From Succinivibrio sp. (GTDB lineage: Bacteria; Pseudomonadota; Gammaproteobacteria; Enterobacterales; Succinivibrionaceae), in contig JBJFET010000139.1 in the NCBI GenBank assembly GCA_051891035.1, forward strand, positions 4,678-68,677: 64,000 nucleotides of DNA, given 5' to 3'. Positions 18,423 through 29,201 of this stretch are shown piece after piece. The first letter of the stretch is position 1. Each line of letters starts with the position of its first letter. A model generated the notes under the pieces. That model saw only the letters and a program-made list of their open reading frames with translations. It was not told the origin of the DNA and did not search any database. The translations under genes were made by a program, and so were the position numbers.

Positions 18423-19703
18423 ATGTCAGATAAACTAGACTGGTTAAACAAGCATTATGTGCTGCTTCAGCATAAGAGTGTGTCAGAAGTGGTAAACAGT
18501 GAGAACTACAAACTGCCTTTTGACTATAAGGATTTTGTAAAAGATCACGACAACAGTATTGAATTTATAGATTTTCTGACAAGTAATGACATGTACAAGC
18601 AGGCATGTGAGTTCCTGTCATACAATTTTCAGCATAGAGTCCTGGCATGGTGGGCATACTGCTGTGTGCTTTCAATCAGAGAGGAAATAGAAAAGCAGCC
18701 TGACAAACCAAGAGACATTGGAGATATCGGAAAGCCTCGAGAGCTTAAGATTCCAGAGTGGGCTCAGCCTGAATTCTTCAGTGAACAGCTAAACGATCTG
18801 AAAGATGATACTGAGATTGATCACCAGATAGATGAGTTAATATCCAACCTTGAAAAGAAGAAGGCTGATCTTCAGCAGATCTATGAGAGTTTTCCTGATA
18901 CTGTGAAAAAGCGCTATGAGGCCACAAGAGCTGAAGTTTATTCTGTTGTTGAAAAGGAATTAGGAATGAGCGTTAACGATCTGCTTGCCAAGGCAACAGC
19001 GCTCATTGAAGAAAACAAGGACAGCGATATTGAGGATGATCTTTTAAAATCACCTATATTCAAAGCTGAAAAAGATCTTAAAGAAAAGATTGAAAAGATC
19101 AGAACAGAGGCTGTAAAGAACATCAAGGATGCGCTTCCAAAAAAGAGCGAAGAGGAGATGCTCTTTAACACAAGCAATGCGATTAACTCTGCCTATGCAT
19201 TTATCGTGGCTCCAAATGAGCTTAATGCCAGAAACTGCATGGCCTATGGCAATCTGTGTCCTGATACTCCTGAAGGAATGCTTGCTTTAGTATGTTTCTG
19301 GTCATATGGCAACCTCAATCCAGATCCTCTCAAAAAGGATGCCATGGTTATCAAGACGCCAGTAGGTCTAGCCTCAAACGGATTTAACTCACTAATCAAT
19401 CTGTGCTCATTGGCAAAGGGAGGATATAGAAAACCAAATGAGCGTATTGAGCATTATTTTAAGATTGGTCAGGAGATTGGCTTTGGGGTAAACAATTGGT
19501 CTGAGTATCTGTCAAAAGAAATCCCTCCTCATGAGGATAAAGGAGAGGATCGCTTTACAGGTTTCCTTGATATGAATTTTGATGAAGAGGAAGAGAATTG
19601 CGCAGAAGAAAAAGACAAAGCAGTTCAGAAGATTGCTCCTCCTGATGACGAGGAAAAATTCAATCTAAAAACATCAGAGCAGTTTACAAGATTTAAATTC
19701 TAG
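18423..19703 (+). CDS. T6SS-associated DUF6931-like protein with a long helical insert
   Basis: ACEFLSY..HRVLAWWAYCCV and PEGMLALVCFWSYGNL resemble the conserved blocks of DUF6931 proteins found beside vgrG. ATG at 18423 has a caggag RBS (the ORF track starts at 18390). Confidence 0.6.
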   Translation: MSDKLDWLNKHYVLLQHKSVSEVVNSENYKLPFDYKDFVKDHDNSIEFIDFLTSNDMYKQACEFLSYNFQHRVLAWWAYCCVLSIREEIEKQPDKPRDIGDIGKPRELKIPEWAQPEFFSEQLNDLKDDTEIDHQIDELISNLEKKKADLQQIYESFPDTVKKRYEATRAEVYSVVEKELGMSVNDLLAKATALIEENKDSDIEDDLLKSPIFKAEKDLKEKIEKIRTEAVKNIKDALPKKSEEEMLFNTSNAINSAYAFIVAPNELNARNCMAYGNLCPDTPEGMLALVCFWSYGNLNPDPLKKDAMVIKTPVGLASNGFNSLINLCSLAKGGYRKPNERIEHYFKIGQEIGFGVNNWSEYLSKEIPPHEDKGEDRFTGFLDMNFDEEEENCAEEKDKAVQKIAPPDDEEKFNLKTSEQFTRFKF

Positions 19704-19736
19704 TATTTGGCTTTAGCTATATACGGGAAGGTAGAT

Positions 19737-22700
19737 ATGACAGATTCAGCTAGCAGATTTCAGTTTCATAATATCAGATTGACCCCTGTTGAAAAGGCAG
19801 GTGAGTTTGACAATTCACTGACAGATGAGAAGGTCTTTCCATATGCAGTTGAATTGACAGAAGGTATCAGTGAACCTTTTTGCCTGAAGTTAACAGTTCT
19901 GAGTGGCAGGCAGTTTAGCGCCTCAGCTCTTAAGGCAACATTAAAGAGAAAGTATACTCTTGAGCTTGTTCAGCTAAATGAGAATCACCAAACGTTACGA
20001 GAAAGGCAGTTAGAAGGTATTGTTACCTCCTACAGAATGACAGGCAGAGTCGTATCAAATCAGCTTGGGCTTGATGACTGTTACAGTTATGAGTTTACAT
20101 TAGAGCCTGAACTGGTTCTTATGGGCCTTATGAAGAAAACCAGATCATGGAATAGCTGTAGCGTAAGCGAAATAATTGGGGCAATCTTTGAAGAATACAG
20201 CATGAATGTGGTATTTGACAAAGAGCTTATGGCTGGCGATATGCTTAGCATCAAGAGTTTTATCTTTGAGCAGTTTGAAGAGAGTGATCTTGAGTTTATA
20301 CAGAAGCTTTGCGTTCGTTTTTCACTTAACATCACCTACGGCTATTTGGATGATCAAAGAAAACTGTCAGCAACCATCTTCTCTAGAGGGGCACAGCTTT
20401 ACCGTCAGTACCCTGTAATGGTCAAAAACAGTCAGATCAGTCCAAAAAATTCGATAAAGGCTTCATTAAACAAGGATATACAGCTGATTGATGGCCACTA
20501 TACAGTGCATGACTGCTTATACTGTGTAAGTGGTATGCAGGATTCAATCTATGAAGACAGATCTGCTGTGTGTGGTTTAGACGGATTCTCATCAGATCTA
20601 AATGATGATATCAGCGCTAATGAAAAGCAGAAAAACTATCTTCAGGAGAGTGAGGAGTGTGTAAAGAGATTCAGTGAAGAATGCGTTCTCTCATATGCTT
20701 CTGATCTGGTATATGTACCAGGATGTAATATAGATTTTGACTGTGGTCAGTTAGGAATTCCTGATACAACTTACATTATCGCAAGATCCTATCTGAATTT
20801 TACAACAGATTATCCAAAAGGACTGGCTTCTGATGATGAATTGATTTCAAAAGAAAGTGTTGTAGAGCAGTGTTTTGTGTCAATAAAGAGCAACACAGAC
20901 GGAAGTTCAGATGTATTAGGTCCTGTAAGTAAGTTCAACATTAATGATTTTTCAATTCAAGAGAAGAAACTTTTAACTGCAGGTAACGGCAGATATTCAT
21001 CAGGAAAAGAAGGTGCTAACAGCGATTTTAGAATTGTAAGTGGTATTGTCTGTGACAAGGATGGAAATATCAGTGGTGAAGATGAAAGTCTGAGGATTCC
21101 TTCATTCTCAAACCGAGGACTGTACAACTGTTTTTATGTAAAGATAAAAAATGCACTGACCCCTGTTATCTGCACAAATGTCGTAAAAATCGGCTCAGAC
21201 ACATCAGGATCAATTCCTCTGTTAGGCCAGAGCGTTTCTATGATTTTTAATGGTAACTGCTATTATTTAAATGGAATTCTGCCTAATAGCCAGACTATCG
21301 GAGTCAATGATCAGAAATATGATGAGTACAGGTCAAAGTCTCTGGTGCTAGTACAGGAAAAAACGAATGATGGAGTATATATAACCCCGTCCTGTTCTCT
21401 TGAGACAAAGATAAAAGATCTGCTTATAAGAAATGAACTCAATACTCTTATAGATAATCTTGATGCTTCTTATGATACAGGAGCGGTAAGCTCATTCTAT
21501 CGCAACTGTAAACTGCAGATGAGTTACAAGGTAATTAGTTCTGGATCTAACGGTTTGGGATATTCTCAGACAGAGAAGACACAGCTTAAGTCATATTTTG
21601 AATGGTCATGTTTTATTCCATCATTATTATCTGAGAATAAGGAATATCTTAGCAGCATCTCTGAGAGAATAAAAACAAAGGAGCTCTCAGGTGAGGTAAA
21701 AGAGCAGGATCTTGATGATTTGGATACAGCTAAGTCAGTTCTGGCAGATACATATAAACTTATCGATTCGTATGCAAAATCGCTTGGCAGTGAACTGGAG
21801 GATTCTTTAGATGACAGCCAGTTTGAAACTAAAGGCTCAATCACAGCCAAATCATCCACAATCAGTTTAAATAGTAAATCTGATGATGAGGATATAACAT
21901 CAAGTCTTACTATATCAGGAAACTCTGGAATTACCCTTAAGGCATTTAACAGCAGTTACAATGCTCTGCAAAAAGTAAAAGACTCTGAAGAAAATTCATC
22001 TGCAGATGATAGTGATACAGAAGAGCCATCCACTGCAGATCAAGATAATTCTTCGCCTTCTACAACAGATAGTGGAAGTCAGTCTGATTCATCAGAAGAT
22101 AAAACAGGAAAAATCAGTCTTGAGGCTTCAGATGAAATTACTATAAAGTCAGCAAAGAAAATCAAACTGTCTGTGGCCAATAATTCAATAGTTATTGATC
22201 AGAGCGGAATCAGTATTACAGCAAATATGTTCCCTGTAAAAAATACTGCATTCTCATCAAGTATCAAACTTAATACGCTAGGTTCACTGACTGCAAAGGG
22301 AACTGATGTAAAACTCAGTGGAGCATATTCTGCAGCTCTTGAAGATGGATATGCAGGAAAAGTGGCAATATGTACTGGATTGGCATCAATAAGAGGAGCT
22401 ACAGTATCATTGTCTTCTACAGATTTCTCATCTGTGGCATCTTCTGTGGCATCATTAACAAAACGAGTTGCAGACTTTGCAAATATGATTGCTAAAGTAA
22501 TTGAAAAAAGCACTTCAAAAGACGACAAATTAGAAACTTTACAAACTAATACAGATTTGGGAACAGAGTACCTCGATGAAGCTGTGGATATTGTTGAGGA
22601 GCTGTTTGAAATTGCACAGAACTTTAGAAGTATTCAGCTTAAAAAAGATACATCTTCAAAAGTCGCTCATGGTGTTAAATGTTATATAGCAGTAACAAAA

Positions 22701-23021
22701 ATACTCTCTCTTATTGAGGAAATTGTTAATACAACATTTGAGCTTGTCGATGGTGAAGACAATACTAAGTATACATGCAGAAGCGATATAGAAAAACTTG
22801 GTACACGAGATATTGTAGAGATCGTTTTGTCATCATTAACAAAGATAGGTTATTTGCTGCAAGCTGTTATAGCATTGAGAGTTCTTCTTAAACGCAAAGT
22901 CAGCAGTATGAGTATTGAGTGCGATAAGATTCAGGCAAGTACTAATGCTGACATATGTTTTTATGGAAAGAAAATTGAAGATGCAACAGCTGCTAGAAAT
23001 ATTGTCTTGCAAGCACCTTGA
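19737..23021 (+). CDS. vgrG: T6SS spike VgrG (TssI), highly divergent, with an internal insert and C-terminal extension
   Basis: EGISEPFCLKL, LEGIVTS, YEFTLEP, EQFEESDLEFIQKL (gp27-like); IPLLGQSVSMIF (OB-fold IPRxGQEV equivalent); beta-helix-like ISLEASDEITIKSAKKIKLSVANNSIVIDQSGISI. ATG at 19737 has a gaaggt RBS; the alternative is TTG at 19707. Confidence 0.85.
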   Translation: MTDSASRFQFHNIRLTPVEKAGEFDNSLTDEKVFPYAVELTEGISEPFCLKLTVLSGRQFSASALKATLKRKYTLELVQLNENHQTLRERQLEGIVTSYRMTGRVVSNQLGLDDCYSYEFTLEPELVLMGLMKKTRSWNSCSVSEIIGAIFEEYSMNVVFDKELMAGDMLSIKSFIFEQFEESDLEFIQKLCVRFSLNITYGYLDDQRKLSATIFSRGAQLYRQYPVMVKNSQISPKNSIKASLNKDIQLIDGHYTVHDCLYCVSGMQDSIYEDRSAVCGLDGFSSDLNDDISANEKQKNYLQESEECVKRFSEECVLSYASDLVYVPGCNIDFDCGQLGIPDTTYIIARSYLNFTTDYPKGLASDDELISKESVVEQCFVSIKSNTDGSSDVLGPVSKFNINDFSIQEKKLLTAGNGRYSSGKEGANSDFRIVSGIVCDKDGNISGEDESLRIPSFSNRGLYNCFYVKIKNALTPVICTNVVKIGSDTSGSIPLLGQSVSMIFNGNCYYLNGILPNSQTIGVNDQKYDEYRSKSLVLVQEKTNDGVYITPSCSLETKIKDLLIRNELNTLIDNLDASYDTGAVSSFYRNCKLQMSYKVISSGSNGLGYSQTEKTQLKSYFEWSCFIPSLLSENKEYLSSISERIKTKELSGEVKEQDLDDLDTAKSVLADTYKLIDSYAKSLGSELEDSLDDSQFETKGSITAKSSTISLNSKSDDEDITSSLTISGNSGITLKAFNSSYNALQKVKDSEENSSADDSDTEEPSTADQDNSSPSTTDSGSQSDSSEDKTGKISLEASDEITIKSAKKIKLSVANNSIVIDQSGISITANMFPVKNTAFSSSIKLNTLGSLTAKGTDVKLSGAYSAALEDGYAGKVAICTGLASIRGATVSLSSTDFSSVASSVASLTKRVADFANMIAKVIEKSTSKDDKLETLQTNTDLGTEYLDEAVDIVEELFEIAQNFRSIQLKKDTSSKVAHGVKCYIAVTKILSLIEEIVNTTFELVDGEDNTKYTCRSDIEKLGTRDIVEIVLSSLTKIGYLLQAVIALRVLLKRKVSSMSIECDKIQASTNADICFYGKKIEDATAARNIVLQAP

Positions 23022-23076
23022 TCTGCATAAGTCAACTTCTATATTTGTAAGACAAGGATTATAACGACATCAGAGG

Positions 23077-23472
23077 ATGAATGGGATCATGGACAGTAAA
23101 ACAGAGCAGACTGTAGGTGAAATGGCAAAAATGTGTTCGGTTGTTGTTGCAACAGCCGTTGCAGGAATAGCAAGCGATATACTTCTTGCTGCAACTGTAA
23201 CCAATCATGAAAAAAAGAGCGTAACAGGAAATAAGCTGATAGCTCCAACTGAGGATATTACTGTATTAGATTCAAATCAGGTATCAGCAGCACAGACTGA
23301 AAGTTCACTAGCTTCAGATGAGGTGAGTGCTCAGTCAGGAGCTCTTGAAGCCTCAAGTACAGAAGCTCAGGTAGCCAACACAAAAGCTGCTGCAGCTAAT
23401 ACAGGCGCAACTGCATTAAAGACACAGGCTGGTGCAACTGATATTGCGACCAAGGCTCTAAAGCTGAATTAG
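23077..23472 (+). CDS. Small Ala/Thr-rich heptad-repeat protein, last gene of the T6SS operon
   Basis: gagg RBS; hydrophobic N-terminal helix; ~9 seven-residue repeats at the C-terminus. Confidence 0.75.
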   Translation: MNGIMDSKTEQTVGEMAKMCSVVVATAVAGIASDILLAATVTNHEKKSVTGNKLIAPTEDITVLDSNQVSAAQTESSLASDEVSAQSGALEASSTEAQVANTKAAAANTGATALKTQAGATDIATKALKLN

Positions 23473-23491
23473 CTTTTAGTATTATCACAAC

Positions 23492-23526
23492 AAAAAGGGG
23501 ACCTATAGGTCCCCTAGCTGTTTTTT
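23492..23526. terminator. Bidirectional terminator between the T6SS operon and purB
   Basis: Perfect 20-bp palindrome aggggacctataggtcccct (23496-23515) flanked by an A-run and a T-run. Confidence 0.85.
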
Positions 23527-23536
23527 GAAAACAGGA

Positions 23537-24913
<1,377 letters not shown>

Positions 24914-24934
24914 CTAAAAGTTAATAGAATTCTG

Positions 24935-25588
24935 CTATGAATGATTCTGTGCGTATTCGAGAATATCTTTGCGGCGGAATATCAGATATCGTCTCTTTCC
25001 GCCGACCTGTCTCCAGAGTACCACTGCTCTGATGGCACACAGCAGAAGAGCTCTGATTTTATCCTGATTCTCAGTATTTCTTAAGAATCTTTCCTCACCG
25101 TAGATTATAAGTTTTGCAAAGTTAGGGCTTATCAGACTCTGGTAGATATGTCCGCAGTTTCTGATATTCTCATCGCTGAGAATAGTGTCATTTGACACGT
25201 CGCTATCAAGAAGATCTGGATTATCCTGCAAAATACTGTCAGCAAGCTCGTCTACCTTTTCTGACAATCTTGTATTGATTTTCTCGTTGCGTTCAATATT
25301 GTTTGCAAGAGTAATAACCTTTAATGCCATCTTGGTTATGACTATGGTGTCAGCCGTTTTGGTAATATCACTTTTTCCAAGACTGTCAGTAAGCTGTTTG
25401 AAACCTACCACAAGTTTTGCTGGATCGTATATATCCTCAACGGTTTTGGGGTTTGTAACAAAAACAGCTCTCATCACGCAGGAAACTGCGTTTTCATCAT
25501 AATAACCGGTGGTTGCGACTCTTTGGATCTGAGTACAGCACTGAAAAAGAGCTGCCAGCGCGATTGATTCTGATTTGATATCTGCCAT
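24935..25588 (-). CDS. hflD: High-frequency lysogenization protein HflD (DUF489)
   Basis: IALAALFQ, IYQSLISP, KIRALLLCAIRAVVLWRQVGG; conserved mnmA-hflD-purB order. Confidence 0.93.
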   Translation of the reverse strand: MADIKSESIALAALFQCCTQIQRVATTGYYDENAVSCVMRAVFVTNPKTVEDIYDPAKLVVGFKQLTDSLGKSDITKTADTIVITKMALKVITLANNIERNEKINTRLSEKVDELADSILQDNPDLLDSDVSNDTILSDENIRNCGHIYQSLISPNFAKLIIYGEERFLRNTENQDKIRALLLCAIRAVVLWRQVGGKRRYLIFRRKDILEYAQNHS

Positions 25589-25589
25589 A

Positions 25590-26717
25590 TTACTGATTCT
25601 CTTTTATATGCCTGTCAATAACAGCTCCACCAAGGCAGTCAGGACCATTATAGAACACCACAGACTGACCTGGAGCTACAGCTGCAACAGGTTTTTGAAA
25701 CATAACCTTAAGTTTGCCATCTTCTCTGAACACTGTACATTCAACATCTGGCTGGCGGTAGCGGATCTTGCAGGTGCATTCAAAAGGATAGTCATCAGGA
25801 GGCGTTATGAATGTCTCATGAACAGCTTCAAGTCCAACTGAGTACAATGCTGAATCGTCATTTCCCTCAGCTACAATCAGTTCGTTGTTTTTTATGTCTT
25901 TTTCAACCACATACCAAGGTTTGCCGTTGCCATTTTTTGTTCCGCCGATATGAAGACCTTTTCTCTGTCCTATTGTTGCGTACATGAGACCGTCATGCTT
26001 TCCAACCACACTGCCGTCAACACTTCTGATAATGCCGGGTGTAGCAGGAATATACTTTGATAAAAACTCATGGAATCTTTTCTCTCCGATAAAACAGATC
26101 CCTGTTGAATCTTTCTTTTTAGCAGTTTCAAGTCCTAATGACTGAGCAATTTCTCTTACCTTTGGCTTTTCAATGTCTCCTACAGGGAAGAGCACTCTGT
26201 CAAGGACAGAACCATCAATGGCATGCAAGAAATAACTCTGATCCTTGTTCTTGTCAAAACCTCTAAGAAGATGAGCTTTGGGTGTATTAAAGCTTCTCTG
26301 ACAGTAGTGTCCTGTGGCAATATAGTCAGCCTTTAAGACTTCAGTTGCATACTGCATGAAAGCTTTGAATTTGATTTCCTTGTTGCACAGAATATCTGGA
26401 TTTGGGGTTCTGCCTTCTCTGTATTCGGACAGAAAGATTTCAAAAACATTATCCCAATACTCTGCAGCAAAATTGATGGTTTTAAGCTCAATACCGAGTC
26501 TGTCGCAGACTTTTTGAGCATCCTCTCTGTCCTTTGCCGCTGCGCAGTAACTGTCAGTATCATCCTCTTCCCAGTTCTTCATGAAAAGAGCTGTTACATT
26601 CATACCGTTCTGCTTTAAAAGAGCGGCACTTACAGATGAATCAACTCCACCTGACAGTCCTAGCACCACGTGCTTTCCTGAAAGCTCCTCATAAGGTATA
26701 CGTGCATCAAATTCCAT
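25590..26717 (-). CDS. mnmA: tRNA 2-thiouridylase MnmA
   Basis: [43 protein letters not shown]. Confidence 0.98.
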   Translation of the reverse strand: MEFDARIPYEELSGKHVVLGLSGGVDSSVSAALLKQNGMNVTALFMKNWEEDDTDSYCAAAKDREDAQKVCDRLGIELKTINFAAEYWDNVFEIFLSEYREGRTPNPDILCNKEIKFKAFMQYATEVLKADYIATGHYCQRSFNTPKAHLLRGFDKNKDQSYFLHAIDGSVLDRVLFPVGDIEKPKVREIAQSLGLETAKKKDSTGICFIGEKRFHEFLSKYIPATPGIIRSVDGSVVGKHDGLMYATIGQRKGLHIGGTKNGNGKPWYVVEKDIKNNELIVAEGNDDSALYSVGLEAVHETFITPPDDYPFECTCKIRYRQPDVECTVFREDGKLKVMFQKPVAAVAPGQSVVFYNGPDCLGGAVIDRHIKENQ

Positions 26718-26727
26718 GATTTAATCT

Positions 26728-27195
26728 CTAGGGATGAATGCTCTTGATAAGAGAGAGGGGGTATCTCTGTCCTGCAAAATAGGCATCAAAGTTCTGTCCT
26801 ACAAGACGTGTTCTCCAATTATCCTTTCCGTTATAGATTTCCTCTTTGGTGTACCATTTTACAGCAAGGATCTCGTTGTCAGGATCATCTGGATCCATAT
26901 TGCCTGCATAGTTTTTAAGTTTTGCTTCAAAACAGAAGCGGTAAATAGTTTCGTTGTCCTTTACATAGTCATTGATCGAAACAAGACTTACAAGCTCAAT
27001 ATCACAGCCTGTTTCCTCATGTCCCTCGCGGATGGCAGCCTGTTCAATGGTTTCTTTTGCATCGATATGGCCACAAGGATTTCCAAAGACCAGACGATTA
27101 TCCTGATCTTCATTGTATTCTTCAACTATGAGGTATTTTCCCTCGTGCTCTATGATAAGAGCAACAGTTGCGTATGGTTTGAATCTTTCTGACAT
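26728..27195 (-). CDS. nudJ: Nudix hydrolase NudJ (YmfB)
   Basis: FKPYATVA, Nudix box GHIDAKETIEQAAIREGHEETG; syntenic with mnmA. Confidence 0.85.
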   Translation of the reverse strand: MSERFKPYATVALIIEHEGKYLIVEEYNEDQDNRLVFGNPCGHIDAKETIEQAAIREGHEETGCDIELVSLVSINDYVKDNETIYRFCFEAKLKNYAGNMDPDDPDNEILAVKWYTKEEIYNGKDNWRTRLVGQNFDAYFAGQRYPLSLIKSIHP

Positions 27196-27782
27196 TCTTT
27201 ATTTCTCCAACGAGCCTTAATTTTAACAGATTTCAATTGTGTTTTTGAATTTTTGTGACGTACTTTAAACAACATAGATGGCATACTATTTATAACTGAA
27301 TCGAGCAGGGGAAAGAGAAGTCAGAAAAGCTGATAAAGTATGGCTCTACCCCATACTCATACAGTGTACCTATGGTATTTATTGTCGGGATTTTCCAAAT
27401 CTACGGGGGACGGGGATGAAAATCTTTTTCTGAATTCTTAAAAGAATATAGATTGTTTCTGTTTTATCTATATAGATGTAGTCTTCATATGAAACATCTT
27501 TAAATGGACCTGAATTACTTATGGGGTTCATCTGCTTATCTTAGAAGTTTTCCTGTTATTCAGTATCTCAACTACTGTGGCCTCACCATTACAGGATCCA
27601 GTTATCTGTATGATGGATATATGTATGAGAACAGGAAAATAATTTGCTCAGCTCATGCTCATGCGTTAAACAGTTTTCTGCACTAAAATAGAGTATTTTC
27701 TCCATAACTAGTGCCTTCTTTGATAAAAAGATTAAAACGCATACAATAAAGAAACGAGAAAATTTTTATTCAGGAGCTTTGA

Positions 27783-29036
27783 ATGTTTACAAGTAAAGTT
27801 GTTGTTCCAGGTGAAGGCAGTGCCATTGAGATTGATGCAAACGGAAAGCTTAATGTGCCTGCTAACCCAATCATCCCTTTTATTCGCGGTGATGGTATCG
27901 GTGCTGATATTACTCCTGTAATGCAGAAGGTTGTAGACGCCGCAGTTAAAAAAGCCTACAACGGCGAGAAAAAGATTTCATGGATGGAGATCTATGCAGG
28001 TGGCCGTTCTGTTGAGGTATATGGTGACAATACCTGGCTGCCAGATGAAACCTATGATTTTATCAGAAAGTATCATGTAGCAATTAAAGGACCTCTTACA
28101 ACACCTGTAGGTGGTGGTATTCGTTCATTAAATGTTGCACTGCGCCAGACACTTGATCTTTATATCTGTCTGCGTCCTGTACGTTATTTTGCAGGTGTGC
28201 CATCACCGGTAAAGCATCCAGAGCTTGTAGATACTGTCATTTTCAGAGAGAACGCTGAGGATATCTATGCAGGTATCGAATGGGAAGCTGATTCTGAGGG
28301 TGCAAAGAAACTGATCGCCTTTTTAGAAAAAGAAATGGGCGTTAAAAAGATCCGTTTTACAGACAGCTGCGGTATCGGTGTAAAGCCAATGTCAAAGGCA
28401 GGAACTGAAAGACTGATTGGGGCAGCCTTTGAGTATGCAATCGATCATGATAGAAAATCTGTAACCATTGTTCACAAGGGCAACATTATGAAGTTTACAG
28501 AAGGAGCCTTCAAGAACTGGGGTTACAAGCTTGCTGAGGAAAAATATGGTGCAACCAAGGATGAAAAGGGTGTTGTCAGCTTTGTAAATCCAAAGAACGG
28601 CAAGAAGATTGTGGTTAAGGACTGCATTGCAGATGCCTTCTTGCAGAACATTCTTCTCTATCCACAGGATTATGATGTAGTCTGCGCTATGAACCTGAAT
28701 GGAGACTATATTTCAGATGCACTTGCTGCAGAGGTTGGCGGTATTGGTATTGCCCCTGGTGCAAATATTGGTGCTGACAGTGCAATCTTTGAGGCAACTC
28801 ATGGTACAGCACCTACCATTGCCGGAACAGGTAAGGCAAATCCAGGTTCAATTATTCTTTCAGCAGAACTGATGCTTCGCCACATTGGCTGGGAAGAGGC
28901 CGCTGATCTTATTGTTGAGGCAATGGAAAAGGCAATCACCTCAAAGAGAGTAACATCTGACTTTGCAGGTTTAATGGAAGGTGCTACAACCTTAACCACC
29001 TCAGAGTTTGGTAATGAACTTGTAAAGTATCTTTAA
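27783..29036 (+). CDS. icd: Isocitrate dehydrogenase (E. coli-type dimeric)
   Basis: [59 protein letters not shown]. Confidence 0.97.
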   Translation: MFTSKVVVPGEGSAIEIDANGKLNVPANPIIPFIRGDGIGADITPVMQKVVDAAVKKAYNGEKKISWMEIYAGGRSVEVYGDNTWLPDETYDFIRKYHVAIKGPLTTPVGGGIRSLNVALRQTLDLYICLRPVRYFAGVPSPVKHPELVDTVIFRENAEDIYAGIEWEADSEGAKKLIAFLEKEMGVKKIRFTDSCGIGVKPMSKAGTERLIGAAFEYAIDHDRKSVTIVHKGNIMKFTEGAFKNWGYKLAEEKYGATKDEKGVVSFVNPKNGKKIVVKDCIADAFLQNILLYPQDYDVVCAMNLNGDYISDALAAEVGGIGIAPGANIGADSAIFEATHGTAPTIAGTGKANPGSIILSAELMLRHIGWEEAADLIVEAMEKAITSKRVTSDFAGLMEGATTLTTSEFGNELVKYL

Positions 29037-29079
29037 TATCAGGAATACTTAAGAAAAAGGACTGATAGCAGGTCCTGAT

Positions 29080-29113
29080 AAAAGCTCAGTTGCTGTTGGA
29101 ACTGGGCTTTTTT
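29080..29113 (+). terminator. Terminator after icd
   Basis: aaagctcagtt...aactgggcttt stem followed by T-run. Confidence 0.75.
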
Positions 29114-29201
29114 GATCATGACAGTATGAGAACTTTCAAAAAAAAAGATCTGATCTAGAATTCTATATATGATCCTCCATAATATGTTCTAACAAGTTAA
29201 G

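Noticed and set aside
26734-27192. 152-aa plus-strand ORF fully overlapping nudJ
   Set aside because: Antisense shadow; the minus-strand frame has the Nudix box and the expected synteny.
27504-27686. 60-aa ORF upstream of icd as a leader peptide
   Set aside because: No RBS, no informative codon runs and no attenuator geometry before icd.
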